This document shows positions 35,657 through 38,593 of a DNA stretch of 38,593 bases, one piece after another. This stretch comes from Octopus bimaculoides (Eukaryota): positions 11,861,470-11,900,062 of the forward strand of contig NC_069001.1 of NCBI RefSeq assembly GCF_001194135.2. Reading direction: 5' to 3'. The position numbers and the translations under genes are program-made. Within the stretch, counting starts at the first letter, position 1. Each line of letters begins with the position of its first letter. The notes under the pieces were generated by a model. The model saw nothing but the letters and a program-made list of their open reading frames with translations. It did not search any database and was not told the DNA's origin.

Positions 35657-37267
35657 AAAAAGTATGAGCGCAATTCTTCTTAATCTACTTAACCTACTCC
35701 CTCTGAAGGCAATATTAAAATATATGCCCTTAGCTTGGCTTGGCAGTGGAGACAGTGTAACATGTCTAGGCGGTTTTATAGTGCCTTGGGATTTCGCACT
35801 ATATATCGGAATAATCAGTATGTTTCTAGGCCAGTTCGAAGCATGGACTAATTAGGAAAGACAGATTTGTTTATCATACCTAAATACGTGCCAATGAAGT
35901 TTTCAATTAGAACTGACCTGGGATTTCAAATAACAACGGCAATAATTATAAGAATAACATCCGTTATTCATATTTTTGTATTGCCAGTGTAAACGTAAGT
36001 CGTAGTTAAGCTGGTAACTGAAAATTATATTACAATATTTGTGTAGCAAAATCTATGAATAGCAGCTCTGTTATTTGGGAAATCCAAGATTTATAGTAAC
36101 ATAATCGATACCTATGATGATCAATCATTGTAGTAATTTGTCAACTCTGAGTATGTAATGTTTACTCCAATGGAAGCCATTCTTTTCTCTGCAATTTACC
36201 TTTAGATAATATCGTGATTTTTTTTTCATTTCTTTTTATAATGGAACTTGTCAGAATAGCGTCAACGTTTACAGGAATTCTTTACGGAATCGCTAAGAGA
36301 TTCTTAAAAAGCAACTATATTGCCTGTCTCCATTCGTTGATAAATGGTGTGATGGCAAAAATGTTATAGATATTGGAATATATTTTAAGGGATATTTGCT
36401 TTTTTTACTTTATTGGATTCTATAGTGGTTGCATCCAGCAAATAGAAACTGAAAATTATAGCGGTTATATCACAAATACATCGCATCTAAATATTTATTA
36501 TCGGTTAACACGACATTTGGGTTAATAATATACGCATCCCTGTTACTGCTTCTACTTAGCCACCAACTTGCTAGAAGTAGCAATCAGGTCTCTTCCACAT
36601 TGTGGTTACACCATTTCTAAAATATGCAAAATGACAAACACATAACAAAGACGCATTTGATGAAACCGTTCTAGAGACACTGCTTGGAATAACGGTAGGA
36701 GTGCTTTCAATATCAGCCAGCCAGCTTCCTTCCTTGTAGGATGAAACCCGAATATTTGTTTTGTGGTTCTGCAAAGCCAGCTTTTTACACATACCACCAT
36801 CTTTATCTAATTATGTTATTGACACGAAGATCCCCAACAAATCTATTTAAAAGCATATCCCTGGCTTAATTCGGGAATTTCACTTAACGATTATTAACGG
36901 AGACTACAGCAAGAAGGTTAGTGTGAGAAACGAATGTATAATAAGGAAAGAAGCGAGAAGGGAAAGAAGATATCCCTGTATTCCATTATTATTTACCAGT
37001 AACATAAATTATTCCGTTCTTAATGAAAATAATATGGATAATATTATGTCCGATTATCCGTATTAGTATTGATTAATATCGATTGATATTGATTTTAAAC
37101 TTCAGTATGGAACGAAACAATTTGTAAAGGGGAAGGTGAATAGAATAATTGAATTAAAATCATCATATTACATCTATATATTCTATTGCACTTCCAAATC
37201 AAACATAGAATGGAATTTGCTCTCAGGACACGAAGAATATTTATTTATACTGGAATCAGTTTGAAGT

Positions 37268-37482
37268 CGGTAAGTTGGTGGAATTGTTAGAGTGTCAAAA
37301 ATAAATGCTTTGCCATATATTTTTCAGCATCATTACGTTCCGTGTACAAATTCCACCGAGGTTGACCATGCTTTCAACTCTTTGATATCGATATAATAAA
37401 TACCAGTTGTGTACTAGGTTCGGTGTATTTGACCTATGTCTCCTCTAATGTTCCTGCGCTTGTGCTAAAATTAGAAACTAAA
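37268..37482 (+). mobile_element. SINE family A, old copy
   Basis: GGTAAGTTGGTGGAATTGTTAG..AAATGCTT..TTACGTTCCGTGTACAAATTCCACCGAGGTTGAC..GATATAATAAATACCAGTTG..CTTGTGCTAAAATTAGAAAC. Confidence 0.7.
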
Positions 37483-37809
37483 AAAAGTTAAACAGAATCA
37501 GCTTTGAGAAAAAGAAAAAGAGGGGTGAACTTGTTAAGCTATTGGGTCGGTGGTTAAAGCGCCTCAGATCATACATTCCGAATATCTGCTTCCTCAGCTC
37601 AAGACTGCCACGGTCAAATTTATTCCGAGGGACAAGAATGGCAACTCGCAGTATTATATATATNNNNNNNNNNNNNNNNNNNNNNNNNNNNNNNNNNNNN
37701 NNNNNNNNNNNNNNNNNNNNNNNNNNNNNNNNNNNNNNNNNNNNNNNNNNNNNNNNNNNNNNNNNNNNNNNNNNNNNNNNNNNNNNNNNNNNNNNNNNNN
37801 NNNNNNNNN

Positions 37810-37847
<38 letters not shown>

Positions 37848-38542
37848 ATATGTGTGTATGTGTGTGTGTACACATACATATCGTCAGCTTTTTTTTTTCG
37901 TATTTTAAAACACATCCAATATTTTTGTTTCATTATATGCCGGCAAAATGAAAGAAAAACATAAGTGAAAATGACGTGATAGAAGAAAATTTGAATATAA
38001 TGAAAGCAAATCCGAAATCCCTTCTGAATATGATGGTGCTTTTTAACCGACCGAAACTTATTTAATTTATTTTGGAGTTTATCTGACACAAATAATACAA
38101 ACAAACATTCAGATGCGTCTTATCAACGTGTGACTATGTTTATGAAATCGGTGCATATTAAACCGGCCAGTTTACAGGTCTGGAGCGACTTCCCAAAAGC
38201 AATTTGGAGAAGAGCGTGTCAAAAACGGCTGACATGAAAGTCAATATTCGTCACGTGATAACAGTAATTTAGATGCATTAATATCATCCCCAGGGTAGAT
38301 AATGGCAGCTAGCCATCTACTTTAATGACCTTAGATTCCATTATGCAGATAATGGGTTTCCTCCACTACGCAGGTTTGTAAATATACATGTGGATATACT
38401 CACACATGTATACGTATATGTATGCATGGATGAATATGCACATATACGTGTAGTTCTGAGCACATATGTATGTGTGCTTGTGTGTGTGTGTGTGTAAGTA
38501 TTTATATATGCATGAAAATGTGTATGTATATATAGGCATATA

Positions 38543-38580
<38 letters not shown>

Positions 38581-38593
38581 TATATATATATAT

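Noticed and set aside
37561-37610. Minus-strand CTGAGGA-A-GCAGATATTC-GGAAT-GTA next to (TA)n
   Set aside because: Stems I and II do not close and GAAA is absent; at most a relic.

Overview
AT-rich eukaryotic scaffold segment with 13 N-gaps, saturated with microsatellites ((TA)n, (TG)n, (AAT)n, (GAT)n, (GATA)n, (GA)n, (TAG)n). The repeat families match ones I recall from Octopus genomes; this is an inference, not a database hit. I can support no intact host protein-coding gene, and nearly all ORFs in the track are translated microsatellites or N-runs. Identifiable content: about ten copies of a tRNA-derived SINE (family A, one with a 15-bp TSD), pieces of a second bipartite SINE (family B/C), a decayed L1/Tx1-type ORF2 zinc-finger fragment, a TA-flanked Tc1/mariner MITE, a TTAA-flanked spacerless palindrome and a 151-bp tandem array with an inverted end. 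The most interesting signal is five minimal type I hammerhead-ribozyme-like motifs from about four unrelated sequence families, of the kind known from Penelope-like element (PLE) pLTRs. Two carry a non-canonical CUGU core, one has a (TA)n expansion inside loop II, and one lies directly downstream of a Pol III tRNA-like head that is duplicated head-to-head, suggesting a tRNA-headed, hammerhead-tailed, possibly PLE-dependent SINE. Repeat boundaries were set by eye and are approximate.
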